A DNA stretch of 49,346 nucleotides from Bdellovibrionales bacterium (GCA_020435295.1 JAGQZV010000002.1:1-49346), one strand, 5' to 3'. Positions 20,185-30,130 are shown, counted from the stretch's first letter. Numbers and translations: made by a program. Notes: a model not told the origin generated them from the letters alone.

Positions 20185-20647
20185 GGCTTACGAGCTCCAA
20201 GGATTCTTCCACAAGCTTTTTGCGTTCACCTTCTCCTAGCGACGCCGTCAGAAATTGTTTAGACAGCGCAAGGCTTTCTTCGACAATCTCTTTTTGCAAT
20301 TCAATCTTGGCCTTTTCCATTTCACTTTGTGCCAGCCGGTTGGTGTCGGTAGAAATGCGCGCCGATTGCTCGCGGGCGGCTGTTAAAGTTTTCTCTCGCA
20401 AGTGATTCACATTGGTAACGGCGTCCTTCATCAACTTGTCAGAGTGGGCAGCGATAGAATCCCAATTAGATTTCCACTGCTTTCGTTCCGCATCCGCCTT
20501 TGAAAAAAGCGACTCCGCATCTGCCATGCTTTTCTTAATGTTCTCGCTACGGCCCGCCACGAATGCCTTGGCCCCTTTGCGGGTACCAAAATAGAGAACT
20601 GCAACCATCGCTACGAAGTTCACAATGTTGGAGATTACGTATTCCAT
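20174..20647 (-). CDS. atpF: Fo ATP synthase b subunit
   Basis: A single N-terminal TM helix followed by a long charged coiled-coil, plus operon position. Confidence 0.85.
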   Translation of the reverse strand: MEYVISNIVNFVAMVAVLYFGTRKGAKAFVAGRSENIKKSMADAESLFSKADAERKQWKSNWDSIAAHSDKLMKDAVTNVNHLREKTLTAAREQSARISTDTNRLAQSEMEKAKIELQKEIVEESLALSKQFLTASLGEGERKKLVEESLELVSHAG

Positions 20648-20652
20648 AAAAT

Positions 20653-21150
20653 TTAGCCGGGTAGGGCGTCCTCCGCTTCGCTCCGCTTGGCCTTCTTCGC
20701 GCCTTGGATATTCACTGAATAGCCGAGGATTCGGCTGGTCATTTGGCTAGCAAATTCGCCGACCTTGGAGTGGAGCTCGGTACGGGCGGCATCGCTCTCG
20801 TCCCGCACCTTATTCCGAACGGCTTCAAGCTGTTGGGCCGCCGAATGGCGCGCCTCTTCTAAGATTTTGCGCTCTTCGTCTGCAATCTTCCCTTTTTCGC
20901 CGTCCACATAGGCCGCCACCCGCTGTTTTTCTTCATTGATCTTCAGATCGTAGTCCGCTCTAAACTTGGCCGCTTCGTTCTCGGCTTCAACAGCTCGTTC
21001 CGCAAGACCCGTGGTTTTTGCCTCGCGCGCTTGCAGGAGCTCAACAAAGGGTTTGAAAACCAGCGTACGCATCACAAGGTAACTCGCCATAAAAATGCCG
21101 AGTTGGATGAACAAGGTATAATCGGGAATAAGGGTTGGTTCGTGCCCCAT
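20653..21150 (-). CDS. atpF2: Fo ATP synthase b' subunit (second b-type paralogue)
   Basis: An N-terminal TM helix (LFIQLGIFMASYLVM) followed by a charged helix. It is immediately upstream of atpF. Confidence 0.8.
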   Translation of the reverse strand: MGHEPTLIPDYTLFIQLGIFMASYLVMRTLVFKPFVELLQAREAKTTGLAERAVEAENEAAKFRADYDLKINEEKQRVAAYVDGEKGKIADEERKILEEARHSAAQQLEAVRNKVRDESDAARTELHSKVGEFASQMTSRILGYSVNIQGAKKAKRSEAEDALPG

Positions 21151-21242
21151 CTACTCTCTTCACATTCAAAACAACGTTCTTAATGCGGCACAGCCACCTA
21201 AACAAATAATGGACTGGCGCAGAAAGCCTAAAATATTACGCT

Positions 21243-21271
21243 GGTTTAACTGCTGAGGGGGAGGGTGTCAA
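21243..21271 (-). promoter_or_regulatory. Candidate sigma70-type promoter for the atpF'FHAGDC operon
   Basis: On the minus strand there is a perfect -35 TTGACA (21271-21266), a 17-nt spacer and a weak -10 TAAACC (21248-21243), about 90 nt upstream of the atpF' ATG. The call rests on sequence match only. Confidence 0.2.
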
Positions 21272-21346
21272 GGCTCGCAAGCAGAGGATCTTTAGGCTCG
21301 GAGCGGAATTCCGACCGGACGGCCAGAGCGATTGGATAAGTAGCGA

Positions 21347-21763
21347 TTAGGGCTTAAGACTTTCGCCAAGATCCGAATGGCGCTCTTGTCTCAGAGCAGG
21401 GAGGGGCCCAAGCATTTTCGTCTGGCCATCAAAAACAGCCCCTTCTTCCACTTGGAGCACGGCCGTTTTAATGGTCCCTTTCACTACGGCGGGCGCTTGG
21501 ATTTCAACCCGATGGGTCGCAAAAATATCGCCAGTGAATTTACCCGAAATCACTACCACGTCGGCTTCGATTTGGCCGCTTACCTGCGCCTCGTCCCCGA
21601 GCAGCAGAATGTCAGGGGTAAAAATCTCGCCCTTGAACTCCCCATCAATGCGGGCTGTCCCTTCAAACTGGAGGCGCCCTTCAAGCCGGCTGCCTTTTTG
21701 CAACACAACGGTTATTTCGTGGCTCACGGAGGGTAGTTCAAAGGGATCGGTACGAGGCAACAT
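21347..21763 (-). CDS. Bactofilin (polymer-forming cytoskeletal protein, DUF583 beta-helix)
   Basis: Repetitive beta-helical core (GRLQFEGTARIDGEFKGEIF...VSGQIEADVVVISGKFTGDIFATHRVEIQAPAVVKGTIKTAVLQVEEGAVFDG) with short disordered termini. Confidence 0.88.
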   Translation of the reverse strand: MLPRTDPFELPSVSHEITVVLQKGSRLEGRLQFEGTARIDGEFKGEIFTPDILLLGDEAQVSGQIEADVVVISGKFTGDIFATHRVEIQAPAVVKGTIKTAVLQVEEGAVFDGQTKMLGPLPALRQERHSDLGESLKP

Positions 21764-21854
21764 AGGTGACTGTCCTTGTATTAGGGGCTTTGCTACGTTT
21801 TCCTAGTATTCTTTTCGGACAAAAAGTCAGAAATCTTTTTGCGCGTGTCCCCGC

Positions 21855-22742
21855 CTAGGCGTCTTTGCCCAGCAGCAACTCCGAGATCCGGTTCAAATCA
21901 TCCTGAGATGTATAGACGATTTGAATGAACCCCTTCTTGGGACTGCCGACGATCTTCGCTTTGGTTCCGAAATGGCGACGGATGCGATCCTCAAGCGCCT
22001 GAAGATGCACGTCCCGCTCCGACGCTGGCTTTTCAGCGCTGTTGGGATCGGCCTTGGCCTTGAGGCGTTCGTTCACGCGCTTCTCAGTGTCCCGCACGGA
22101 CAATTTGTCGCGTAAGATTTCTTCACGAATCGCCAGCTGATCTTCGGTCTGCTCTAGAGCCAGCAAGGAACGGGCGTGTCCCATGGTAAGCTTTCCGGCT
22201 GTGATGTCCTCGCGGATGACGGCCGGCAATTTTAGGAGCCGGATCGTATTGGCCACGGTCGCCCGGCTTTTCCCGACACGGATCGCGATTTCTTCGTGAG
22301 AAAGCTGAAACTGATCGACGAGTTGCTGGAAGGCGATCGCTTCTTCTATACAGTTAAGCTCCTGCCGCTGAATGTTTTCAATGAGCGCCATCTCAAGTGA
22401 ATGAACATCTTGGTCCACTTCTTTTACGACGACGGGCACCTTGGTCAGCCCCGCTTTTTGCGCGGCGCGCCATCTACGCTCACCCGCTATAAGTTCGTAG
22501 TGGCCATCGCGGATGCGCACGATCAGCGGCTGGATGATCCCGTTGGCCTTGATCGAATCGACTAATTCCTTCAGCGCCTCTTTATCGAACAGCTTTCTGG
22601 GTTGGTAGGTATTAGGAACTATCTTTTCGATGTCGCATTCAAAATACTGACGCTTGGTCGGCGCGTTGCCCCGCGCATCCGGAATCAGTGACGCAAGTCC
22701 CCGACCCAACACACTTTTCTTTTCGGTTTCAGCCGATGCCAT
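21855..22742 (-). CDS. parB: Chromosome partitioning protein ParB (Spo0J)
   Basis: GERRWRAA arginine-patch (CTP-binding) motif, an HTH region, and a position downstream of parA. Confidence 0.95.
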   Translation of the reverse strand: MASAETEKKSVLGRGLASLIPDARGNAPTKRQYFECDIEKIVPNTYQPRKLFDKEALKELVDSIKANGIIQPLIVRIRDGHYELIAGERRWRAAQKAGLTKVPVVVKEVDQDVHSLEMALIENIQRQELNCIEEAIAFQQLVDQFQLSHEEIAIRVGKSRATVANTIRLLKLPAVIREDITAGKLTMGHARSLLALEQTEDQLAIREEILRDKLSVRDTEKRVNERLKAKADPNSAEKPASERDVHLQALEDRIRRHFGTKAKIVGSPKKGFIQIVYTSQDDLNRISELLLGKDA

Positions 22743-23655
22743 GCTCGTTTACCTCATGTTCTTGAAGGATCGGAGCCACGTCATGGGTGGGCGCTGCCAC
22801 CTCTTCGGCATCCGACACTTCGGTCTCTTCCGACGGGGCCACCGCCTGGACCGCGGCGCTCGCTACTGCCGAAGCCCCCTCTAGCCGCCCAATGACTTCC
22901 TGGGTCAACGCGAGGTAGCTCTGCGAGCCGGAGGACCCTATATCATAAAGGATAACGGGTTTTCCATGGCTCGGGCTTTCGCTGAGTTTCACGTTCCTGG
23001 GGATTACTGTCTCAAAAACACCCCCGTTAAAGTGCTTATTTACTTCCAAAAGAACCTGACGCGAGAGTTTGTTCCGGCTGTCGAACATAGTGAGCAGAAT
23101 TCCCAATTGCTCTAGGCCCCGATTCAATCCTTTTTTCACCAATTCCACCGTATGGAGGAATTGCCCTAACCCTTCCATCGCGTAATACTCACACTGAAGC
23201 GGGATCATATAATAGTTAGAAACTGTAAGCGCGTTGATGGTCAGCAAACCCAACGAAGGCGGGCAGTCGATAAGAACATAGTCAAAAGCGCCATGCTCTG
23301 ATTTTGCCAATTCTGCAAAAGCATTTTTCAAGCGGAGTTCGCGCGCAATAGCACCGACCAATTCGATCTCCGCTCCGCTTAGGTTGCTGTCCGCGGGACA
23401 AACACTCAAGAATTCTAGTTCTGTTCTGTAAATCGCTTCCTGGAGCGGCAGATCGTCAATGAGGACATGGTACACATTTTTGTCTGCGTACAACTCTCGT
23501 TCCAGACCGAGTCCGCTAGACGCGTTCCCTTGTGGATCGAGATCGAGTAACAATACCCGACGTTCAGCAGCTGCCAAGCAGGCAGCCAAATTCACCGCAG
23601 AAGTGGTTTTGCCCACTCCACCTTTTTGGTTAGCAATCGCAATGATCTTGGTCAT
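22729..23655 (-). CDS. parA: Chromosome partitioning ATPase ParA (Soj) with an acidic C-terminal extension of about 50 aa
   Basis: Deviant Walker A NQKGGVGKTT. The start is preferred at ATG 23655 (MTKIIAIANQKGG), since the ORF-track start 23673 is a GTG. The tail ASAVASAAVQAVAPSEETEVSDAEEVAAPTHDV... lies beyond the usual Soj end and overlaps parB by 14 nt. Confidence 0.93.
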   Translation of the reverse strand: MTKIIAIANQKGGVGKTTSAVNLAACLAAAERRVLLLDLDPQGNASSGLGLERELYADKNVYHVLIDDLPLQEAIYRTELEFLSVCPADSNLSGAEIELVGAIARELRLKNAFAELAKSEHGAFDYVLIDCPPSLGLLTINALTVSNYYMIPLQCEYYAMEGLGQFLHTVELVKKGLNRGLEQLGILLTMFDSRNKLSRQVLLEVNKHFNGGVFETVIPRNVKLSESPSHGKPVILYDIGSSGSQSYLALTQEVIGRLEGASAVASAAVQAVAPSEETEVSDAEEVAAPTHDVAPILQEHEVNEHGIG

Positions 23656-23721
23656 GGTATTTCTTGAGTTCACTGTTAGGGTCCAATCTTTTTATCACAA
23701 AAGAAATCAAACGGAAACATT

Positions 23722-24414
23722 CTATCTATCTCGCATAGCGTCGACAGATGGGCGATATTCCACAATCTCGACTCCTCGTCTTCCTGCGTCGAAAGGGAGC
23801 TCATACTGCTCTCTCCCCACCGTAATAAATTCGGAACTATCCGGATACGACTTCTCTCCGCCTCCCCAACTCAACACAGTGCGAGCCCCGGGAAGAAGAA
23901 AAGGCCGGATGGCTTCAAAAAATTTTTCCGCGCCAAAGGTCGCGCGCGACATCAATAGCTCGGACTCCGCTGTGGCGGACGCCACCTCGATCGAACAATT
24001 CTCAACTTTCAATTCTGCCACTGCTTGGACCAGAAAGCTTCGTTTCTTTTTGTTGCGCTCGTAGAGCCGAATACGGTGCCTAGGGAAAAGTAGGGAGTAG
24101 ACAATCCCAGGAAAACCACCCCCTGAACCAATGTCCCGCAAACGCTCGCCGGTGACGTAGCGATTCACAAAGCGGCTCAGGTGGATGCTGTCATAATAGT
24201 GGACGGCCAGAGCATTAGCTAAAGTGTGCGGCGAAACAAGTCCGGCATGATCATTCCACTTTTGCAGGAGGGCAAAATGCGCTTCAAGAAGCTCCCATTG
24301 ATCGGGTCCGATGGGAAGACGTGCACTAATGGGAAGGCGATGCAGTTGTTTCGTTAGAGTCTGCACAGTGTGGTCCCTCGTCAGCGCGTCCTTTGCGATT
24401 TTTGATGCCCGCAA
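23722..24414 (-). CDS. rsmG: 16S rRNA (guanine527-N7)-methyltransferase RsmG (GidB)
   Basis: [27 protein letters not shown] motif. ATG 24414 gives an 89-nt overlap with mnmG. The alternative GTG at 24366 gives a more typical length. Confidence 0.9.
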   Translation of the reverse strand: MRASKIAKDALTRDHTVQTLTKQLHRLPISARLPIGPDQWELLEAHFALLQKWNDHAGLVSPHTLANALAVHYYDSIHLSRFVNRYVTGERLRDIGSGGGFPGIVYSLLFPRHRIRLYERNKKKRSFLVQAVAELKVENCSIEVASATAESELLMSRATFGAEKFFEAIRPFLLPGARTVLSWGGGEKSYPDSSEFITVGREQYELPFDAGRRGVEIVEYRPSVDAMRDR

Positions 24415-26269
24415 GAATAGCCGTTAGCGCGGCCGGGGTCACGCCAGACATTCGGCCGGCATCGGCCAACGTCTCCGGGCGTGTGCGAGTCAGCTTCTCC
24501 CGTACTTCGTACGAAAGCCCTGGCACTGAAAAAAAGTCCATGCATTTAGGAATGCGTGTCGCCTCGAGCTTTTTCAATCGCTGGATCTCCTGCGCCTGGA
24601 TGCCGATATACCCCTCGTACTTCACTTCAATTTCGAGAGTTTCCCGGTCTTGAGGCCCCAGCGAGAGCTCCATTGGCAGATCCGGGACCGCGCTGAGAGA
24701 ATCGAGAGACACTTCAGGTCGTTTGAGCAATTTATGAAGCTTCTCACCACCGGGTGGGAGGCTCAAGCCGTCTCGGAGCAGCAGGTTTCCCACTAGACCG
24801 CCCTGTTTCACGTGGAACACGCGCAAGGCCTGGCGGGCCGACTCGAGTTGCCGCACACGTTTCTGATAGCGAGCGGCGCCCTCTCCCGTCACAAGACCGA
24901 TGCGAATCCCGTATGGACGCAGGCGCAAGTCCGCATTGTCCTCTCGAAGCGAGAGCCGGAACTCCGCGCGTGAGGTAAACATCCGGTACGGCTCACTTGT
25001 TCCACGTGAAACAAGATCATCGACCATTACCCCGATATAGGACTCTGCTCGTGACAAGCGCAAAGGCACTTCGTTTTGCGCCTTCAGGGCGGCGTTTATG
25101 CCCGCGAGGATCCCCTGTGCAGCGGCCTCTTCATATCCGGAAGTACCATTCACTTGCCCTGCGAAATAGAGGCCGCGTACAAGTTTCGACTCTAGTGTGT
25201 GTTGGAGTTGTCTGGCGTCTATGCAGTCGTATTCCACGGCGTAGCCGTAGCGGAGAAACTCGGCTTGCTCGCAGCCGGGGATAGTGCGAATGAAGCGTTC
25301 CTGGATTTCCGCCGGAAGGCTAGTGGAGACGCCGTTTGGGTAAATCGAGTTTGAATCGAGAGCTTCCGGCTCAAGAAATACCTGGTGTCGGAGCTTTTCT
25401 GGAAACTTCACCACCTTGTCCTCGATCGAGGGGCAGTAGCGCGGTCCGATGCCCTTGATGCGCCCGCTATAGAGGGGAGACAGTGCGAGGTTTTCCGCTA
25501 TAAGCTTGTGTGTTTGAGCATTGGTGAACGTAAGGTGGCATTGTACCTGCGGAAGTACGATTTCAGTCGGCGAGAAGCTAAAGCGGCGTGGTGGGACATC
25601 TCCGTTCTGCGCCTGCAAGATAGAGTAGTTGAGCGATTCTGCCTTCAGGCGTGGTGGGGTGCCGGTCTTTAGTCGCTGGACGACAAACCCCAGTTCAGCC
25701 AGTTGATCCGACAGGCCGTAAGAGCCCGCTTCCCCGATTCGCCCACCATGAGTCAACTGCTCTCCACAGTGCATTACGCCCTTCATGAAGGTCCCCGCGG
25801 TAACAATGGCGGCGGATGTGTCTAATAGTTCTTTCCGGCCGTCACTCACTATCTCGACGCCACGGATTGCCCCATCCTCCGTGGCAAGGCGTTTTACTTC
25901 GGCTTCCAGCACCGACAGTCGTGGCTGCGCTGCCACGACAGACTGCATCCTTGTGGCGTATAGTCCCTTGTCCGATTGGCAGCGCGAGGATTGCACAGCG
26001 CTACCTTTTCGCGTGTTGAGGCGGCGAAATTGAATCCCCGTATAATCAGCGTTGATCCCCATTTCACCGCCTAGTGCATCTATTTCTTTGACCAACTGCC
26101 CCTTCCCGACGCCTCCAATACACGGATTGCAGGACATCACGCCAATGGTTTGACGTGACAATGTCACCAACGCCGTGTCCAGGCCCATCCGCGCGCAAGC
26201 TAGTGCGGCCTCGCAACCTGCGTGGCCGCCGCCAATTACCACCACATCGAAGTGTTTCACGTGGAACAC
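24326..26269 (-). CDS. mnmG: tRNA uridine 5-carboxymethylaminomethyl modification enzyme MnmG (GidA)
   Basis: [19 protein letters not shown] motif and conservation throughout. The start is a GTG at 26269-26267, inside a parS site. Confidence 0.96.
   Translation of the reverse strand: MFHVKHFDVVVIGGGHAGCEAALACARMGLDTALVTLSRQTIGVMSCNPCIGGVGKGQLVKEIDALGGEMGINADYTGIQFRRLNTRKGSAVQSSRCQSDKGLYATRMQSVVAAQPRLSVLEAEVKRLATEDGAIRGVEIVSDGRKELLDTSAAIVTAGTFMKGVMHCGEQLTHGGRIGEAGSYGLSDQLAELGFVVQRLKTGTPPRLKAESLNYSILQAQNGDVPPRRFSFSPTEIVLPQVQCHLTFTNAQTHKLIAENLALSPLYSGRIKGIGPRYCPSIEDKVVKFPEKLRHQVFLEPEALDSNSIYPNGVSTSLPAEIQERFIRTIPGCEQAEFLRYGYAVEYDCIDARQLQHTLESKLVRGLYFAGQVNGTSGYEEAAAQGILAGINAALKAQNEVPLRLSRAESYIGVMVDDLVSRGTSEPYRMFTSRAEFRLSLREDNADLRLRPYGIRIGLVTGEGAARYQKRVRQLESARQALRVFHVKQGGLVGNLLLRDGLSLPPGGEKLHKLLKRPEVSLDSLSAVPDLPMELSLGPQDRETLEIEVKYEGYIGIQAQEIQRLKKLEATRIPKCMDFFSVPGLSYEVREKLTRTRPETLADAGRMSGVTPAALTAILAGIKNRKGRADEGPHCADSNETTASPSH
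24804..24819. promoter_or_regulatory. parS: parS site 1 (ParB binding/loading site), inside mnmG
   Basis: Exact TGTTTCACGTGGAACA, the reverse complement of canonical TGTTCCACGTGAAACA. It is read in mnmG as RVFHVKQ. Confidence 0.9.
24998..25013. promoter_or_regulatory. parS: parS site 2, inside mnmG
   Basis: Exact TGTTCCACGTGAAACA on the plus strand. It is read in mnmG in a different frame as LVSRGT. Confidence 0.9.
26253..26268. promoter_or_regulatory. parS: parS site 3, overlapping the mnmG start codon
   Basis: Exact TGTTTCACGTGGAACA. It covers codons 1-6 (M-F-H-V-K-H) of mnmG. Confidence 0.9.
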
Positions 26270-26292
26270 CTCCGAACTGGAGCGCCGGCCAC

Positions 26293-26308
26293 TGTTTCAC
26301 GTGGAACA
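26293..26308. promoter_or_regulatory. parS: parS site 4, in the mnmE-mnmG intergenic spacer
   Basis: Exact TGTTTCACGTGGAACA, 4 nt after the mnmE TAG stop and 24 nt upstream of the mnmG start. It is 40 bp centre-to-centre from site 3. Confidence 0.9.
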
Positions 26309-26311
26309 ACT

Positions 26312-27679
26312 CTACTTCCCAATGCAAAACGCCGAAAAAATGCGGTCCAGCACCTGCTCGGTATCCACTTCACCCACGAAGCTTTCCAAAAGATTCACTG
26401 CCACCCGCGCCTCCTCGGATAGGTATTCCGGAAGCTCGTCCCCGTCCAGATGTTCTCGCAGGCTGAGTAGCCGGCTATTCACCTCAAGCAGCGCTGCATA
26501 CTCACGGTGAGTAGGCAATGGCCCACGGGCATTGGGAGCAGAGGCGCCCGCCATTGCTTCCATCGCAGCCCAGAAAGTATCCATGCCGTCGGCGTGAAGC
26601 GCCGAAAGTCGAACCGGAGCGACCGGGAGGGTGCTTAGATCAGCGGGATAGTTCCAGTTGGGGAGATCGGACTTATTCCACGCGATGACAAACGGCTTGG
26701 ATCCATATCGCTGGAGAAGAGCCCGTTCTACCTCTGATATGCCAATCGTCCCATCCACCACCAAAATCCAAAAGGAGGCCCCCTTGAGATAACTGTCGCC
26801 GAGCTCAATCCCTTCGCGTTCGGTACCAGTGGCCTCATCGTGGCGTCCGGCCGTATCGACGAGGCGCCAACGTCTCCCATTCAACACAAAGTCTTCCTCA
26901 AGTACATCGCGTGTCGTGCCAGGTTCGTCGTGCACAATGGCGCGGTACCGGCACAAAATGGCATTAAAAAGGGAAGATTTGCCGGCGTTGGGGCGCCCGA
27001 CAAGAGCCACCCGAGGGGCATTTGAGGTCCCACTGAGGCGCGCATACCGCTGAATAGCCAATGAGCACTCGCGAATAGCCAGATCCAGGGGCTCTTGAGC
27101 CTGCTGAGTAACCTCGGCGTACTCCTCCGAAAAATCGATGGCGGTATCCAACACTGCCAATAGCCCGGTAAGGGCGCCTCGGAGCCGCTCCACCAAAGCC
27201 GTTGTAGCGCCATCGCGGCGTCTATATATGTTGGCTATATCTATCGAGTCCTGTGCACGAAACAAATCCCGCAGATTCTCGATCTCGACGGGGCTAAGTT
27301 TTTGATTCAAGTAAGCTCGGTAGGAAAACTCCCCGGGCTGAGCTGGCCGAGCAGCCAACTCGATCAAACGCTTTTCTAGCGAGCAAACCACAGCAGGCGA
27401 TCCATGACATTGAAACTCGAGCGACGGTTCGCCCGTAAAAGAGCGGTTGTCAGGGAAAACTAATAGCAGACCTTCATCTATGGGTGTTTCGCCTTCACCA
27501 ACAAAACTACCAAAATACATCCCGCGTTCGAACTCTCCGCTGAAGGAAGACGAACGGAAAATTTCCCGGCCAATGCTGAGTGCACGGGGGCCCGACACAC
27601 GTACAATGGCAACGGCGCTTGGCAGCGGGCCGGAACAAAGCGCAAAAATAGTCTCCGACTTGTCTAAATGACTTCTCAT
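26312..27679 (-). CDS. mnmE: tRNA modification GTPase MnmE (TrmE)
   Basis: G-domain GRPNAGKSSLFN and DTAG, plus the C-terminal CIGK motif. Confidence 0.95.
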   Translation of the reverse strand: MRSHLDKSETIFALCSGPLPSAVAIVRVSGPRALSIGREIFRSSSFSGEFERGMYFGSFVGEGETPIDEGLLLVFPDNRSFTGEPSLEFQCHGSPAVVCSLEKRLIELAARPAQPGEFSYRAYLNQKLSPVEIENLRDLFRAQDSIDIANIYRRRDGATTALVERLRGALTGLLAVLDTAIDFSEEYAEVTQQAQEPLDLAIRECSLAIQRYARLSGTSNAPRVALVGRPNAGKSSLFNAILCRYRAIVHDEPGTTRDVLEEDFVLNGRRWRLVDTAGRHDEATGTEREGIELGDSYLKGASFWILVVDGTIGISEVERALLQRYGSKPFVIAWNKSDLPNWNYPADLSTLPVAPVRLSALHADGMDTFWAAMEAMAGASAPNARGPLPTHREYAALLEVNSRLLSLREHLDGDELPEYLSEEARVAVNLLESFVGEVDTEQVLDRIFSAFCIGK

Positions 27680-27737
27680 CTTCTCTATTCAACGACTCAC
27701 CCTCGCGGGCGGCGGCAACTCCTCGACGACAGAGGTG

Positions 27738-29381
27738 TTAACCCTTCTCGGTATTAGGGGCGTCTACTACGGCGACTGCAGGACTAGGTGTTTCACGGTT
27801 GGTATACAGCTGTTGGACCATACCAAGTAGTGTGCTCACAAAAATATAGAGTGTCAGACCCGAAGGGAGATTGATCATGAAGAACGTAAACACGATCGGC
27901 ATGAACATCATCATTTTCTGCTGCATGGGCTCCATACCCGCGGACGGTGTCATTCGCTGTTGAAAGAACATCGCTACACCCATCAGCACTGGATAAATGT
28001 AAAACGGATCCTTAGCGGACAAATCCATGACCCAACCGAAAAACGGCTGGTGAAAAAGTTCCATCGAGTTGGCAAGCACCTGATAGAGCGCAATGAATAC
28101 TGGGAGCTGAATGAGAATTGGCAAGCAACCGGCGGCCGGGTTTACTTTGTGGGTCTTAAAAAGGGCCATTTGTTCGCGGTTAAGCCGCTCGCGATCATCC
28201 TTGTACTTCTCCTTGAGCGCATTGATCTGAGGTTGCAGCTTTTGCATGGCTTTCATGCTGCGCATGCTTTTTTGAGTAAGCGGATAAAACAAACCCCTGA
28301 CTAGCAGCGTCAACAGAATGATCGCAACGCCATAGTTTTTCACAAAATTGTAGAAAAACTTGAGCAGGTGCAGCAGTGGAAAGGCGACCACAGAGAACAT
28401 CCCATAGTCGACCAATTTGGAGAGACCGGGGATCTCCTTCAAGTTGTTCAGATCTTTTGGTCCGGTGTAGAGGCGCAATTTGAAATTGAGGACATTCTGG
28501 CCGGACTTTAGCTTAAGCGGGTAACGCAGGTAGACCCCCTTGAAGGCGTCTCCCCCTTGGAACACCACGTCGGGGTTAATCTCTGACAGGTTGGCTGCTA
28601 CGGTCGTAAAGTAACGGTTACCGAAGGCAACCCACCCGGTGCTCCCCTTACGCTCCTCTGCCGCATCCAAATCCGAAATGTGATGGCGCGTTACGGAGTC
28701 TGACTGGTAGGTAACGGCCTCCCAAGCGTTCAGCGGCTCCTGCGCCTTGAATTCCAGGCCGGTGCCGCCCAGCGGGATGACAAGTTGTCCCCAGTCGCTC
28801 TTGGTTGACGCGCCGGGAAAACGCACCTCGACTTCCATGGTAGAAAAATAGGCGCGCTCGTCCAACTGATAGGTTTTTGTGACGCTCACGCCCGATGTCG
28901 CCTTGCGCGTCAATCGCACTACCCCGGACTCGACGCTGCCCGAGTAGGGCGCCACCTCAAAATCTTTAAGGGCTGGATCCGAAAACAAGGTACTCAATGA
29001 GAATGGTGTCTTTGAATCGGAGACCGGTGCGACCAAAGGGGACGTGTCTTTCACCGTTTCGCGGTACGTGGGCAGGACGACGGAGTGGAGGTTTCCGCCC
29101 TGGTTTTGGAACTGCATAAAAACGGCGGGAGACTCGAGCTTAAGCTCCGGGGCCAGTTCCGCTGTTTGGAACGACTTCAGCACCCGCCCGCTGAAAAGGC
29201 CATCAGCTGGGAGCGAAGGTATGCTCGCTGTTCCCTCTGGCGAAACCATTTCTCCAACGGACGCGCTTTGGGCCGGGGCAACGGGTGGCTTGGGCGCAAA
29301 CCATTTGAGGTAGCCGTACCAAACCAAAAAACACAAAACCACTGCAATCCAGGTCTTACCGGCCACCGCTGCCTCCTTCAA
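27738..29381 (-). CDS. yidC: Membrane protein insertase YidC (long periplasmic P1 domain form)
   Basis: An N-terminal TM segment, a large periplasmic domain, and a conserved C-terminal 5-TM core ([16 protein letters not shown]). Confidence 0.95.
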   Translation of the reverse strand: MKEAAVAGKTWIAVVLCFLVWYGYLKWFAPKPPVAPAQSASVGEMVSPEGTASIPSLPADGLFSGRVLKSFQTAELAPELKLESPAVFMQFQNQGGNLHSVVLPTYRETVKDTSPLVAPVSDSKTPFSLSTLFSDPALKDFEVAPYSGSVESGVVRLTRKATSGVSVTKTYQLDERAYFSTMEVEVRFPGASTKSDWGQLVIPLGGTGLEFKAQEPLNAWEAVTYQSDSVTRHHISDLDAAEERKGSTGWVAFGNRYFTTVAANLSEINPDVVFQGGDAFKGVYLRYPLKLKSGQNVLNFKLRLYTGPKDLNNLKEIPGLSKLVDYGMFSVVAFPLLHLLKFFYNFVKNYGVAIILLTLLVRGLFYPLTQKSMRSMKAMQKLQPQINALKEKYKDDRERLNREQMALFKTHKVNPAAGCLPILIQLPVFIALYQVLANSMELFHQPFFGWVMDLSAKDPFYIYPVLMGVAMFFQQRMTPSAGMEPMQQKMMMFMPIVFTFFMINLPSGLTLYIFVSTLLGMVQQLYTNRETPSPAVAVVDAPNTEKG

Positions 29382-29619
29382 ACTTCAAACCTATCTCCCG
29401 CGGAAACCGTTTCGGGGTAGGAACAGGATCGTAGCCAAAACGAGATCCGGGCAGGCAACGAACCAAACGTCGGAAAAAAAGCCAACCGCCTCTGAAAAGC
29501 CCATGCCTCTCTATGGCTTCGACCGCATAAGCGGAGCAGGTAGGAACAAAACGACAACAAGGCCCAGAGCCCGTCAGGAGGTGAACAATATTTCGGAATA
29601 GGGCGACTAAGATTCGCAT
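29356..29619 (-). CDS. yidD: Membrane protein insertion efficiency factor YidD
   Basis: [19 protein letters not shown] signature. It overlaps the yidC start by 26 nt. Confidence 0.9.
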   Translation of the reverse strand: MRILVALFRNIVHLLTGSGPCCRFVPTCSAYAVEAIERHGLFRGGWLFFRRLVRCLPGSRFGYDPVPTPKRFPREIGLKFEGGSGGR

Positions 29620-29633
29620 GTTGGCTCGCCTGC

Positions 29634-29984
29634 CTAACGAGTTTTGGCGATGAAGTCCGACAGCTCAGAGGCAACCTCTTTCGTCGAGAGGTGTTTCCAG
29701 GCCTCACGGAGCCGATCGCGGCCCACCACATTTAAATCCATCCCCGCAAAAAGCTCGCGGTTCTTGCGGAAAGCTTCGCGCGCGAGTCGACGGACCCGGT
29801 TGCGGGCGCTCGCGTTTTTGAGGACTCGCTTCGATATGGAAAGACCTAAACGTCCAGAGCCTGCCGTCGTGTAAAATATCCGAAAGCTGGCTGTTTCATA
29901 CCGCCGAAACGGTCTAAACGAAAAGTCCGAAGTCCTCAAAAGGCGGGCAGTTTTAGGGAAACGCTCAGTGACAACCTTGCTCAT
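29634..29984 (-). CDS. rnpA: RNase P protein component
   Basis: Size (116 aa), basic composition, RNR motif region ([14 protein letters not shown]), and a position between rpmH and yidD. Confidence 0.9.
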   Translation of the reverse strand: MSKVVTERFPKTARLLRTSDFSFRPFRRYETASFRIFYTTAGSGRLGLSISKRVLKNASARNRVRRLAREAFRKNRELFAGMDLNVVGRDRLREAWKHLSTKEVASELSDFIAKTR

Positions 29985-30130
29985 TTGCCGCCGGTTTTCA
30001 CCACAAGCCGTCTACGCCCTTTGCGCCTGCGGCGAGAGAGCACAGAACGGGTGCCCTTCACGCTATTGCGCTTCATAAAACCGTGCACTCGTTTTCGCTT
30101 TCTTCGACTTGGCTGATAGGTTCGCTTCAC
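29981..30130 (-). CDS. rpmH: 50S ribosomal protein L34
   Basis: Not in the ORF track because it is under 60 aa. Hand translation of the minus strand gives (GTG)[49 protein letters not shown]. That is the canonical L34 N-terminus. Its TGA overlaps the rnpA ATG (ATGA). Confidence 0.9.
   Translation of the reverse strand: MKRTYQPSRRKRKRVHGFMKRNSVKGTRSVLSRRRRKGRRRLVVKTGGK

Noticed and set aside
21764-21854. AT-rich hairpin CAAAAAG-n8-CTTTTTG between parB and the bactofilin gene, considered as a terminator
   Set aside because: The weak AT-only stem has no following U-tract on the transcribed (minus) strand. It cannot support a terminator call.
22984-22996. parS half-sites (GTTTCACGT in parA at about 22986, and TGTTTCACGG in yidC at about 27791)
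   Set aside because: Only one arm of the palindrome matches. Such half-sites are expected by chance and are not known to load ParB.
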